From positions 158,679 through 222,678 of IMG/VR virus record IMGVR_UViG_3300044765_000092: 64,000 nt of DNA; one strand, given 5' to 3'. Both the position numbers and the translations under genes were made by a program. Each line of letters begins with the position of its first letter. Position 1 is the first letter of the stretch. Below, in pieces: positions 34,207 through 42,953 of this stretch. Under the pieces are notes generated by a model. The model saw only the letters and a list, made by a program, of their open reading frames with translations, had not been told where the DNA came from and did no database searches. This DNA comes from a virus (Duplodnaviria > Heunggongvirae > Uroviricota > Caudoviricetes).

Positions 34207-35285
34207 TTGCGTTTCCTTAGTTTCTGCACCACGATCGATGCGTGCTCAGACAGTGCGTCGTTCGACAACCGTGACAGCGCCGAGCAGTAGGTATTACGCA
34301 CAACATTTACAGCCTTCTTTAGCTGCCCAACTCCAGCCCCTAGTTGCTGGACTTTTAGTTCACGCCACAGGACTTCGATGCCTACCTGGAGCAACTCGTT
34401 GGTAGAGAACTTGAGTGGGTGTTTAGAGTGTTCCCGGATCACGTGGCCGTTCTTGGTGTAGACCACGACCTCGTCAGGTTTGCGAGTCTCCAACTGGTGG
34501 ACTACAGCATACGCCACAAACGACATGGTCTCCAGATTAAATGGCTTGACCGTGCCGCTCAGGACTGGGAGGTTCTCAATGTCCACCTCCTCATGCGAGC
34601 GCACCCACTGGTAGAGGCCACCGACTCCGGTCTCACACACAAAGTTCTGGCGCTGATCGGCTTGCACCAGCGACTTGAACATATAGAGCGGACCATACTG
34701 CGCGACGCCTGCCTGGACATTGCGCCCGTTGACCTGAACGTTCTTCACGTGATACACGACTTCAGCTACATCGTCCTCGTAGTCAAGGACCCGCCGTTCG
34801 TACGATCTGAACCATCGACTAGTCAGCTGACCTGAGTGGGTACTGCGCATCAACGCGATTGCAGTGTTGAGCCGATCGATGTATGTAGTGGCTGCCACCA
34901 ATGGCAGCGCCTGTGGCACTGACGTAGTAGTGTCGATCACACCTGCGTGGACATGAGGACCCGATGCAGCGTGTTCCATCACGGCGACTACTCGCCAGTT
35001 CGGGTTCATGCGTTTCGCCACCAGCGGTAACAACCGCATCTCGGCTTCAGTCACACGTTTGGCACCCAAAACGGTCATGGTCTTGCTGCGCTGAAACTGT
35101 GAGAAGTACCGGACGATCCGGTTCACAAACCCGGCGTACTGTCCATTGCCTGATCCACGCCGTGCCCGAGTTTTGGTTCCTTTGGTTCTCGGCTTTGTCT
35201 TAGCCGTGGTGACCGACCGTTGGCCCATACTTCGAGTTGTTCGGGCCGATATTTGTAGAGAGTTACTCTGCTGTGCCATACTCAC
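34203..35285 (-). CDS. hypothetical protein (360 aa) with a basic N-terminus
   Basis: Long ORF. The GPHVHAGVI sequence gives it an HxH motif, but that is not enough to call a function. Confidence 0.55.
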   Translation of the reverse strand: MSMAQQSNSLQISARTTRSMGQRSVTTAKTKPRTKGTKTRARRGSGNGQYAGFVNRIVRYFSQFQRSKTMTVLGAKRVTEAEMRLLPLVAKRMNPNWRVVAVMEHAASGPHVHAGVIDTTTSVPQALPLVAATTYIDRLNTAIALMRSTHSGQLTSRWFRSYERRVLDYEDDVAEVVYHVKNVQVNGRNVQAGVAQYGPLYMFKSLVQADQRQNFVCETGVGGLYQWVRSHEEVDIENLPVLSGTVKPFNLETMSFVAYAVVHQLETRKPDEVVVYTKNGHVIREHSKHPLKFSTNELLQVGIEVLWRELKVQQLGAGVGQLKKAVNVVRNTYCSALSRLSNDALSEHASIVVQKLRKRK

Positions 35286-35309
35286 ACGACTCTTCTTGTA
35301 GTTAAGTGA

Positions 35310-35432
35310 TCACGCGTAGTGTAGGGCCAGATGAACGAGCGGTACTACGACGAGCATGAACACAAGAATGGCCCCAACGGCCAGGACTGCTAGTGCGACT
35401 GGTGGGCTCAGATACTGCACGAGCAAAGTCAT
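35310..35432 (-). CDS. possible 40-aa hydrophobic peptide
   Basis: MTLLVQYLSPPVALAVLAVGAILVFMLVVVPLVHLALHYA. No clear SD. Below the ORF-track size cutoff. Confidence 0.25.
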   Translation of the reverse strand: MTLLVQYLSPPVALAVLAVGAILVFMLVVVPLVHLALHYA

Positions 35433-35449
35433 CAACCAGTCCAGCAGTT

Positions 35450-35872
35450 TCACGGTAGAAGTCCTTTCATTCGTACGAGGGCCTCCATCCAGTCCTTGAG
35501 GCCTGCCTTGGTGATCCAGACAAGCGCTGAAACCGGGGACATCTGCTGGTGCTCGGTCACGTAGTTCATCAGCTCGATGCGATGCTTGTCATAGATCGGG
35601 CCACCTTGCCCCCAATCAGTTGAGGGTGACCATGGAATGCTCCTGCTGCCTTGGTCGAGCCACAGTCGGCCCATCAAGTCAACAACTACAACCGGCTGTA
35701 GTTTGTTGCCGCAAGTCAGCTCTGTCGTTGCACCGTTCCCAGGCCAATTGACTCGCATGTCAAACGTTGGGTATTCCGCAACGATAGCGACAAGGAAGTC
35801 AACACGACTTACGGTATCGGCTTCGGTCCACCACTTCTGGGTCTTGATCTGAGCAAGAACTTCTGGAGTCAT
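35450..35872 (-). CDS. hypothetical protein
   Basis: 140-aa ORF. Confidence 0.45.
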   Translation of the reverse strand: MTPEVLAQIKTQKWWTEADTVSRVDFLVAIVAEYPTFDMRVNWPGNGATTELTCGNKLQPVVVVDLMGRLWLDQGSRSIPWSPSTDWGQGGPIYDKHRIELMNYVTEHQQMSPVSALVWITKAGLKDWMEALVRMKGLLP

Positions 35873-36078
35873 CGGGGATCTCCGTATGGATTTGAGGGTG
35901 GCGTTGGCTCGTCGAGTGGGTGACTCCGATCAGGATCGAATCGCTCGCGTTGCGCGCCGTAGATCTGCCCCGCTTGGAATCCGTATTCCCATGCCTGTGC
36001 CTTCTCGCGGCGCATTTTCTCGGCCAGGACAGCTTCGATGGGGTCTGTGTTCATGGTTTGAACGCAGCTTTCTTGCAC
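35869..36078 (-). CDS. hypothetical small protein
   Basis: 69-aa ORF. Confidence 0.4.
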   Translation of the reverse strand: MQESCVQTMNTDPIEAVLAEKMRREKAQAWEYGFQAGQIYGAQRERFDPDRSHPLDEPTPPSNPYGDPR

Positions 36079-36275
36079 GTCGAGCTGAAGGTGATGTTGC
36101 CCTGTGAATCTGGGTTCGAGTTAGTCTGCCAGAGGATGGTACCCGGCACACACGATTGCCAAATCGTATAGGCAGCGGTAGACGCACGATCACGCTCATC
36201 CATGGCTGGACCGTCACAGGCAGACACTAAAAACAGCAGCACGACGGCCAGCAAACTAAGCAGGAGAAGTTTCAT
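36051..36275 (-). CDS. small lipoprotein
   Basis: MKLLLLSLLAVVLLFLVSAC with the lipobox LVSAC. Preceded by GAGGA. Confidence 0.5.
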   Translation of the reverse strand: MKLLLLSLLAVVLLFLVSACDGPAMDERDRASTAAYTIWQSCVPGTILWQTNSNPDSQGNITFSSTCKKAAFKP

Positions 36276-37179
36276 TCGAGTCCTCGTCGGTTGTATGTGG
36301 ATCGAGCATCGTGGGCGACAGCAAAGTCTCACGGCACTGGAGCTCGACGGTCAACCCGTTCCTCAGATTGGCGAACATGCACCAGACGGTCCGCATCTGT
36401 CCCTGGAACGGCGAGTCAATGGGCTTGAGGTTATGGACTGCAAGCCGCTCGGCCAGCGCCTCGAACCGAGCACCGTGGTTCTTTGGAAAAGCCACGAGCT
36501 GAACCCGTTCACTTGGCTGATTCCACATAGCGGGGCCGCGAATCGACAGGTGATAGCCAACGCGCTCAGCTTCTGGCTCGAGGACGGCCAGCGTCGACAG
36601 ACAATCATCGAGAGTGACGGGCCGGGGTCCACCGTCCTTCATTTGCGCGAGCATCACACGCTCGTGCGCCGTCATGTACGTCGATTGCAGATTGTTGATT
36701 GGCTTGGCCGGCGTCGACTCTGGGGTTGGATTCGAAGCCTGAGCGGGGTCTGGAACAGGGACGGGTTCAGGTTCGGGTTCTACGTGCTCGACAATAGCAA
36801 ACCCGGAGATCAGGTTCACCGGATCGCCAAAGTCCATGAGCTGAGCAAAGCCTCGAACGCTTTCGATCAAGGCCGCGCGCACAACCATCGGGTCCTTGAT
36901 GCTGCGTTCGCGTAGTTCCTTGGCGTTGATTAGCACAAGGCGCCGAGGTTGGATCCGGATCATGTGTAGCGGCTTGGTCAACAGATCGGACATGGTGTGC
37001 GTCTCGATCCTGTACGTTCCAGCCTGTCCACACTGTTTCGTACACCAAAGCTTCAGTACTTCGGCCGATGTTGGGTCGTCGGTGACGATCAGTACGCCGG
37101 CGAACATCATGCCCGTAGGACGGCAGCGAAGGACCGACAAAATGTGGTCCTCGTCTTCAAAATTGGGTACTAGAGTCAT
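36256..37179 (-). CDS. hypothetical protein
   Basis: 307-aa ORF. Confidence 0.55.
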   Translation of the reverse strand: MTLVPNFEDEDHILSVLRCRPTGMMFAGVLIVTDDPTSAEVLKLWCTKQCGQAGTYRIETHTMSDLLTKPLHMIRIQPRRLVLINAKELRERSIKDPMVVRAALIESVRGFAQLMDFGDPVNLISGFAIVEHVEPEPEPVPVPDPAQASNPTPESTPAKPINNLQSTYMTAHERVMLAQMKDGGPRPVTLDDCLSTLAVLEPEAERVGYHLSIRGPAMWNQPSERVQLVAFPKNHGARFEALAERLAVHNLKPIDSPFQGQMRTVWCMFANLRNGLTVELQCRETLLSPTMLDPHTTDEDSNETSPA

Positions 37180-37787
37180 ACGTATGGTCTGTCAATGATA
37201 AAATCAGCAGCGATGCTGACTGCCAGATCACGCTCACCGATTAGCGCCAGAATCTGCAGAGCTGTGAACACGCCTTCGAACTGTAGGACGTGGTGGTCGA
37301 TCTGATTGTCGATCAGCATCTCGTAGATCTCGTAGTCAAGCTCCAGGCTTTCCTTGGCCGTCTGATTACGGCCCTTGGGGTTGTACGGGCGACTGGGATC
37401 GCGTGTGAGGAACACGTTGACCGACCGATGCTTGTGATGTGCTTCCAGGATCGTGTGGCGTAGACTCTGCAATTGCTGCTCGTGTGGGTAGTGGTGCATA
37501 TACACCAGACCCAGAAGGATCGGGCCGTCGGTCACCACGTAGTCCACTTCGTCGGCCACACGATTGATGCGGAAGTTCTGCTTGCCGAAGATATAGTCCT
37601 GGGCAGCAAAGACCTTATGACCGCGCTTCTCCCAAGCGGCGTCCTTGGCGAACTCAGTCACCAGCTCAGCATTGATGTTGAGCTTGAGCATGCCGGCCAG
37701 CAGATAGGCGGTCGTGCTCTTGCCGGTCCCCGGTCCTCCAAAAAGATTGATGATCGTGCCGTGTCCGTGTCTCTTGACGGTGGTCAT
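37176..37787 (-). CDS. P-loop NTPase, kinase-like (possibly nucleoside/nucleotide kinase)
   Basis: Walker A GGPGTGKST near the N-terminus. About 200 aa. Confidence 0.55.
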   Translation of the reverse strand: MTTVKRHGHGTIINLFGGPGTGKSTTAYLLAGMLKLNINAELVTEFAKDAAWEKRGHKVFAAQDYIFGKQNFRINRVADEVDYVVTDGPILLGLVYMHHYPHEQQLQSLRHTILEAHHKHRSVNVFLTRDPSRPYNPKGRNQTAKESLELDYEIYEMLIDNQIDHHVLQFEGVFTALQILALIGERDLAVSIAADFIIDRPYV

Positions 37788-38335
37788 ACAGCAACGGCTC
37801 CCGAACTGCGCACCAGTTTCTGGAGTTCGATTCGAGTCTGTTCAGGGCTGACGTGGTGAATGGCCTGACCACCACGGGCTCGCCACTGCTCGATGTTGCG
37901 AATCCGGTCGTCGATCAGCACGTCGGTCGAGTACTCGCAGTGGAACTGCTTATCCTCAGCGTAGGGACCAAACCGAACTTGCGAGTGATGAACCCCAAAT
38001 GTCTTCTTCATCCACTCGCGCTTGTGGGCTGTCACGTTGGGCCACGACCAACGCCGTGGAACGGCAGTCAGCACGATGACCATGCCAAACAGTTGAGAAT
38101 ACTGCCACGGACTACGAATGCCCGGCACTTCTTTGCCATCGAGGTAGATGTTCGGACATTTGGCGTGCAGTTCTTGCCACGTCCAAGCCGAATCGTCTTC
38201 CATGTCGATGCCCGGCATGTGTTGTGCGAACAGCGACCCGAAGTCATAGAGTACACCGTCCATGTCCCAGAAGAAACGCAGGCACGCGCCGAACGGCAGT
38301 GAGGTGGTCACAGCAGTAGATTGAGTGGTAGTCAT
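37784..38335 (-). CDS. 5'(3')-deoxyribonucleotidase-like HAD hydrolase (NT5C family)
   Basis: N-terminal FFWDMDGVLYDF matches the DMDGVLxDF motif of NT5C-type nucleotidases. Confidence 0.65.
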   Translation of the reverse strand: MTTTQSTAVTTSLPFGACLRFFWDMDGVLYDFGSLFAQHMPGIDMEDDSAWTWQELHAKCPNIYLDGKEVPGIRSPWQYSQLFGMVIVLTAVPRRWSWPNVTAHKREWMKKTFGVHHSQVRFGPYAEDKQFHCEYSTDVLIDDRIRNIEQWRARGGQAIHHVSPEQTRIELQKLVRSSGAVAV

Positions 38336-38583
38336 TGTGTTTGGGTGTCGAACACACGGATGTTCGAACTCAGGGTTTTGAACGCGGCTTCCAGCCTCTC
38401 ACTATAAGTGAAAACGATGTCCACTCGGTTAGGGGCATCGACCTGCGGCGTCGCTGACACGAACTGCGACCCTATACCGTTCGTGGCAAACAAGGTGTTG
38501 AGATCTGCGACGATTCGATCGATCGTAGCTTGGTCGACGGGCTTGCCATCTCTACTACCGAGAGTTGCTCCGATGCACTTCAT
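38332..38583 (-). CDS. hypothetical small protein
   Basis: 83-aa ORF. Confidence 0.4.
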   Translation of the reverse strand: MKCIGATLGSRDGKPVDQATIDRIVADLNTLFATNGIGSQFVSATPQVDAPNRVDIVFTYSERLEAAFKTLSSNIRVFDTQTQ

Positions 38584-38948
38584 TGCATGTCCTTGATGAG
38601 TGGGGCTTGGCGCACGTACTCACCGTAAAAGGTAGCGTATCGAGATTGAAAGGCCGCCGCACGTGGAAGCTCACTGATCTCGCGATTGGTCAATACCTTA
38701 GTAAGCGTCTGGGGTGTCGGTCGCTGCAACGTCGACCGCAAGACGAAGGTGTCGACCATAGCGTCGCGGAACGAAAGGGCAAACTCAGAATGAGATGAAC
38801 CGCGAAGGGATGAAAGCGCCTCATGTTGAAACGTCAGGGTCGAGGCGCCGAGCTTTAGAGCGGCTCTCCACTCCTCGCAATCGGCTGGCAGGCTGGCTGC
38901 CATGTCACCAAGCAACTTGGTCAAGCGATCGATCTGTGCTCTGTCCAT
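38580..38948 (-). CDS. hypothetical protein
   Basis: 122-aa ORF. Its start is preceded by GGAGAG. Confidence 0.45.
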   Translation of the reverse strand: MDRAQIDRLTKLLGDMAASLPADCEEWRAALKLGASTLTFQHEALSSLRGSSHSEFALSFRDAMVDTFVLRSTLQRPTPQTLTKVLTNREISELPRAAAFQSRYATFYGEYVRQAPLIKDMQ

Positions 38949-38983
38949 TCGACTCTCCTTCTGGCTGACTGATAAACGTGTGT

Positions 38984-39005
38984 GCTAGCGCGCACGCGCG
39001 CTAGC
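38984..39005 (-). other. perfect 10-bp GC hairpin GCTAGCGCGC-acg-GCGCGCTAGC, 4 nt 3' of motif copy 8 and 40 nt upstream of the next start
   Basis: Seen directly in the sequence. Confidence 0.5.
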
Positions 39006-39009
39006 AACA

Positions 39010-39019
39010 TCATTTACAG
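39010..39019 (-). promoter_or_regulatory. TCATTTACAG motif, copy 8
   Basis: Directly 3' of the stop of CDS 39014..40084. Confidence 0.45.
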
Positions 39020-40084
39020 TATGAACTTGTCGGCAGGCAGCACAGGCGGGCCGCCGAGTTTGCGTGTCCACAGCTGAAGCGCGATCTCAAGCATTGTCGA
39101 TCGGCTTTGATCAATACCCTTCTCGATTTCGTCGTCCTTAAGTTCAATGGAGAAGGCCTCTTCGTAGGCCATTACCAATTCGACGGTATCAAGTGAATCT
39201 GCCCCAAGGTCGCGAACTGTCTTGTTCCAGCCTTGGGCTACAAAGTCAGCCTGTTGAAGACCGAGTTGATCGCAGGTCGTTCGAATAAACTTTTCTTTGA
39301 AGGCGCTGAGACTGATGGTCCAGACCTGGTCCCCAACCTTGTAGCTGGCAGTTTGCAACCAGAAGGCTAATCCCTCGTTGGGGACCACTTTAATCTCGGT
39401 TGTCTTTGCTGTTTTTGCCGCCTTTGGCTTATAGACCGTGTCCTCATCGTCATCATCGTCATCATCGGGATCAGCTGACTTCTTGGGCGGCGTCGACCGC
39501 GGCGCAACACCCCGAGGCGGTCTGTACTTGTTGGTTGGCGCTTCGGTTCGTTCGATAAAAGGATTGTCGTGTACCAGTGGTTCGCCGCCCCACACCCGTT
39601 CGATCTGCTTGTTGATCCAGCGAATTGCCTCTTGTGGATGCCAGTTGCCAAGAACGTGGTTGCAGATGCCGAGAACGTACCATTTGTAGTACGAGCTCGG
39701 AACAAAGCCGACTAGGCTAGGACCGGCGGTGTGCAAGATCCCGTAACCGTCGAGTGCGCAATAGGATCGGCCCTGAACACCGATCCTGAGGTCCAAACCG
39801 CCCTGACCAGCCAACGGCCCCTGAACGACTTGACCCAAGTGAGTGACGATCGGCACTTCGGTCCTCGACCTAGGCCACTGCCGGTCGGCCGGTCGCCCAT
39901 GATCGTAGGCGATGAGGGCAACCATGTCATCGTATCGAAGAGACAGGGGGTTGGCATCCGTCGGTGGTTCGAGCAGCAGGAACATTGGGTTCTTTGCCGC
40001 CTGGTCATAGACACTAGTCCCGGTCCCTACCCTCGTCCGGTCTTGGATGGGCAACAGGTATTGGAAGTTGTTCATTTCTTTCAC
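39014..40084 (-). CDS. fusion protein: unknown N-terminal domain, poly-Asp linker and a C-terminal acyl carrier protein (phosphopantetheine-binding) domain
   Basis: C-terminal [30 protein letters not shown] is nearly identical to E. coli ACP helix II ([30 protein letters not shown]), including the DSL serine. Confidence 0.7.
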   Translation of the reverse strand: [356 protein letters not shown]

Positions 40085-40115
40085 TCCGTTTGTTGGTGTG
40101 GTAAGCGAGTAACAC

Positions 40116-40319
40116 CTAGATAGATCTGTCGGTTTGTCGCTCCAGTTCGAGCACCCGTTTCAACGCCTGTACCTCTCGGCTTCGAAAGAAGTCTTGAACC
40201 AGGACGCCGGTCATAAATCCAAGGACAAGGGCCAGCCACGGTGCATCCCCGTAGGCTTGGCCCAGGGCCATGATGGCGCATGCCACTATCCACAGCAACT
40301 CTCGGTTAGTTCTGTCCAT
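40116..40319 (-). CDS. small membrane protein
   Basis: ORF 40116..40382 with the ATG (MDRTNREL) at 40317-40319. Confidence 0.4.
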   Translation of the reverse strand: MDRTNRELLWIVACAIMALGQAYGDAPWLALVLGFMTGVLVQDFFRSREVQALKRVLELERQTDRSI

Positions 40320-40632
40320 CGGTGTTCTCCTGTTCGTCGGTCTGGGTCTCGGCCCAACGTTTGTGGGCTTTGATGGTGGCAACGCCTATAAATGGAGTGA
40401 TGGCCGTCACTACAACCTGAATGGTTACCCATCCCCATTTGCCATCGACAAGCAGTACAAGCCACCATACAACCAATGCACAGGCGGCTAGCCCACCTAG
40501 CATCACTACTGTGATAAGGCCTCCGTCTGAGGCCCAGAATTTCTGTACTACGTTACACAGCTCTTCGAGCCATACTCTAGTGAATGACATCTTCTCGTTC
40601 GTTGGTTCACCTGTGGCTGGTTGTTTGTTCAT
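40306..40632 (-). CDS. membrane protein
   Basis: 108 aa with two transmembrane segments. Confidence 0.45.
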   Translation of the reverse strand: MNKQPATGEPTNEKMSFTRVWLEELCNVVQKFWASDGGLITVVMLGGLAACALVVWWLVLLVDGKWGWVTIQVVVTAITPFIGVATIKAHKRWAETQTDEQENTDGQN

Positions 40633-40653
40633 TGTCGGTCCTTTTCTTTGTCG

Positions 40654-41007
40654 TCAATCATGCTGGTCATCTTTCGCCCGTTCGTCTTTCCATTGATTGA
40701 TCGCTCTACTGGTTATTGGCCATAGAATCGGTGTCAGTACCACTATCATCATTTCTGTTACAGCCCATCCGTAGGCTTTGACCGATACCAGGAACGTGCC
40801 TAAGAATAGCAGGCCAGTGAACGCACATGCGCCTGCTATCATGCAGAGCAGTTCACCAAATTCTGACCACCATTCTCTAATGGCCTTTAGGCAGACCGAC
40901 CACCAGATTTGAACAAAGGTACGGTCGCTGTTCGGCCGCCGCTCTTTTCCTTTATGTTCTACCCTGTCTGAATCCGAATCCGGATCTGTTATCGTTTGTT
41001 CGTTCAT
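40654..41007 (-). CDS. membrane protein
   Basis: ORF 40654..41055. The ATG at 41005-41007 (MNEQTITD) is preceded by AGGAAAGG. First gene of the leftward arm. Confidence 0.5.
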   Translation of the reverse strand: MNEQTITDPDSDSDRVEHKGKERRPNSDRTFVQIWWSVCLKAIREWWSEFGELLCMIAGACAFTGLLFLGTFLVSVKAYGWAVTEMMIVVLTPILWPITSRAINQWKDERAKDDQHD

Positions 41008-41058
41008 TGTCTGGCCTTTCCTTTGTGTGTGCAGAGCACTCGTGTCTAACAACACCTG

Positions 41059-41068
41059 TCATTTACAG
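41059..41068 (-). promoter_or_regulatory. TCATTTACAG motif, copy 9
   Basis: 52 nt upstream of the first leftward gene, at the edge of the divergent switch region. Confidence 0.45.
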
Positions 41069-41530
41069 GTTAAAACCTGTCTGTGTGGTTCACCGTTTTG
41101 ACCCTCTATCCAATGACTCCCCTGGATCTAGCTGATCCACTGGATAGAGGGTTTTTGTGGTCAACCTTCTTTTGGCTCCCATTTGCCCACCCAATTCGCC
41201 ATCTCGTGTATTTGATCTATTTTCGGAGACCCCCTGTTTTTCTCTGTGTCGAATGTTGATGGTGTTTGTCGCGGTCGAGTGTAGTGCGTGTGTGGAACAC
41301 ATTTGTGCTCGTTTTGACGGGTTCATCGTATTTCGTCTGTTTTTCTAGATGGGGCTGTGGTTTTGCCCTGTTTTGATGATCAATTCTGCTTGTTTCTTTA
41401 TTTTTGAGGGTTTGACCAATTTTGATCTAGTTGGGTATCATACCCTAGCTGCCATCGTGTCGTTTTGCTACCCCTCTACTGTACATCTATTACTATTAAG
41501 TGATAACGTGATGCTGCAAAAAGAGGCAAC
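41069..41530. promoter_or_regulatory. divergent intergenic switch region between the leftward and rightward arms; AT-richer; candidate divergent promoters and/or replication origin
   Basis: No ORF. A 12-bp inverted repeat ACCCTCTATCCA...TGGATAGAGGGT at 41101-41152 is followed by TTTTTGTGG. CTGTTTTTCT occurs twice (41238 and 41339), with related CTGTTTTG copies. Confidence 0.45.
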
Positions 41531-41863
41531 TTGACGGATTACACGACATTCACCAGTCAAACTGGAAGATCGGGTTCAACCCCGCAAAACAGGGTTCAGG
41601 TTGTAAATGCGCGGGTCATTAACTTTGGCTCAGAGCATCCTATGTCCAATCTTGCTGCTGTCGCTACCGATATTGCTGGTTGTATCATGGTCGTCAGTGT
41701 GGGTATCTCCTTACTGACGTTTTTGGCTGCAATGGTGATCTGCCAACCCGAACCGTATTCCACTTACGAAAAGGTGGTGGACGTGATACTGCGTATCGTC
41801 ACCTGCACAGGTGTTCTGAGCGCAACCTTTTTCTACTTGATGCTCGGTACTTCTGGAGGCTGA
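41531..41863 (+). CDS. membrane protein
   Basis: 110-aa ORF with hydrophobic segments. The start may be the internal MSNLAAV. Confidence 0.4.
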   Translation: MTDYTTFTSQTGRSGSTPQNRVQVVNARVINFGSEHPMSNLAAVATDIAGCIMVVSVGISLLTFLAAMVICQPEPYSTYEKVVDVILRIVTCTGVLSATFFYLMLGTSGG

Positions 41864-41864
41864 A

Positions 41865-42953
41865 ATGGAACAGTACAAACGACACGATCGGTTGGATGTG
41901 GTGTGTGCTATCCAACACGGATCTCACCTGTACGGAACAGCAAACGAACATTCGGACTACGACTTCAAATGCGTGTATCTGCCGTCGTTGCGGCAAACCA
42001 CGTTCAGCGTACGATCTCCGGGAGTGCGCCGCATCCGCTACGACAAAGACGGAAACACTGTTGGCGACCGCGAGGCGTTGAACGCAGGTGGTTCGGAGAG
42101 CGAGCATTTCACTGTCACTGATTTCGTAGCCGGCTTCTGCGCCGGACAGGCATGGGCGTTCGAGTTCTTGTTTGCAGTTCTGCAGAACAGGATGATCGAT
42201 CTACGGCACGACAGTATCGGGACTAACAGTCGCCGCGAGACTTGCAGTCAACTGTTCTACGAACTGTGTCATGTCCTGGCTGACAATCCGCATCGCAATG
42301 TGCAACCGATGCTCGGGTTTGCGGTTAAGCAAACGATGGACTACGTGCATCGTGGTGAACGGCTTGCGGTCGCACGTCGAGTTGCCGATGCGGTATACGG
42401 AGCGTGGGTTATTTGTGGGCTGGAGCCGAAATTACGGCTCGACTCAATGCTACCCGACCAGCAACTGACTGTCTTGGACCACATTGCGAATACGGCTCGC
42501 GTGGAAATCGGGCGCTCAACCAATGGTGGTCGCGAATTTCGCACACTGATTGTCAATGGTCGGGAGTATTTGGAAACTATGCCGTTGCGCGAGTTCCATC
42601 GGTCGATCAGCGCGTTGATCGAATCATACGGTGCTCGATCCATACGGGCTGAACAGGACGGTGTTGACTGGAAGTCGTTGAGTCACGCTGTTCGTGTGTA
42701 TGATCAGATTGTGGAGTACCTGGACCGCGGAACAATGGTGTTCCCACGCCCGAATCCGGTTCATTTGCTTGCCATCAAGAACGGGGAGCTGCCACTGGAG
42801 TTCGTCAAGCAGCGGATCACGTCCCTGGAACTTTGTGTCAATTCAATGCTCATGGACTCCAAGTTGCCAGACCCCACACCTGAGTGGATCCAGCATGTGT
42901 TTGATCAGTGCTGGCCTCTGGTCCGCACCATGTATCAGGTGACCGACCAATGA
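41865..42953 (+). CDS. Pol-beta-superfamily nucleotidyltransferase-fold protein
   Basis: N-terminal HGSHLYGTANEHSDYDF matches the GS-x9-SDxD NTase signature. Strong GGAGG RBS. 362 aa. Confidence 0.5.
   Translation: MEQYKRHDRLDVVCAIQHGSHLYGTANEHSDYDFKCVYLPSLRQTTFSVRSPGVRRIRYDKDGNTVGDREALNAGGSESEHFTVTDFVAGFCAGQAWAFEFLFAVLQNRMIDLRHDSIGTNSRRETCSQLFYELCHVLADNPHRNVQPMLGFAVKQTMDYVHRGERLAVARRVADAVYGAWVICGLEPKLRLDSMLPDQQLTVLDHIANTARVEIGRSTNGGREFRTLIVNGREYLETMPLREFHRSISALIESYGARSIRAEQDGVDWKSLSHAVRVYDQIVEYLDRGTMVFPRPNPVHLLAIKNGELPLEFVKQRITSLELCVNSMLMDSKLPDPTPEWIQHVFDQCWPLVRTMYQVTDQ

Noticed and set aside
34203-35285. HUH rolling-circle Rep or relaxase call for the 360-aa protein, based on GPHVHAGVI
   Set aside because: An HxH triplet alone is weak. 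No convincing motif I (uuTu) or motif III (YxxK) was found.
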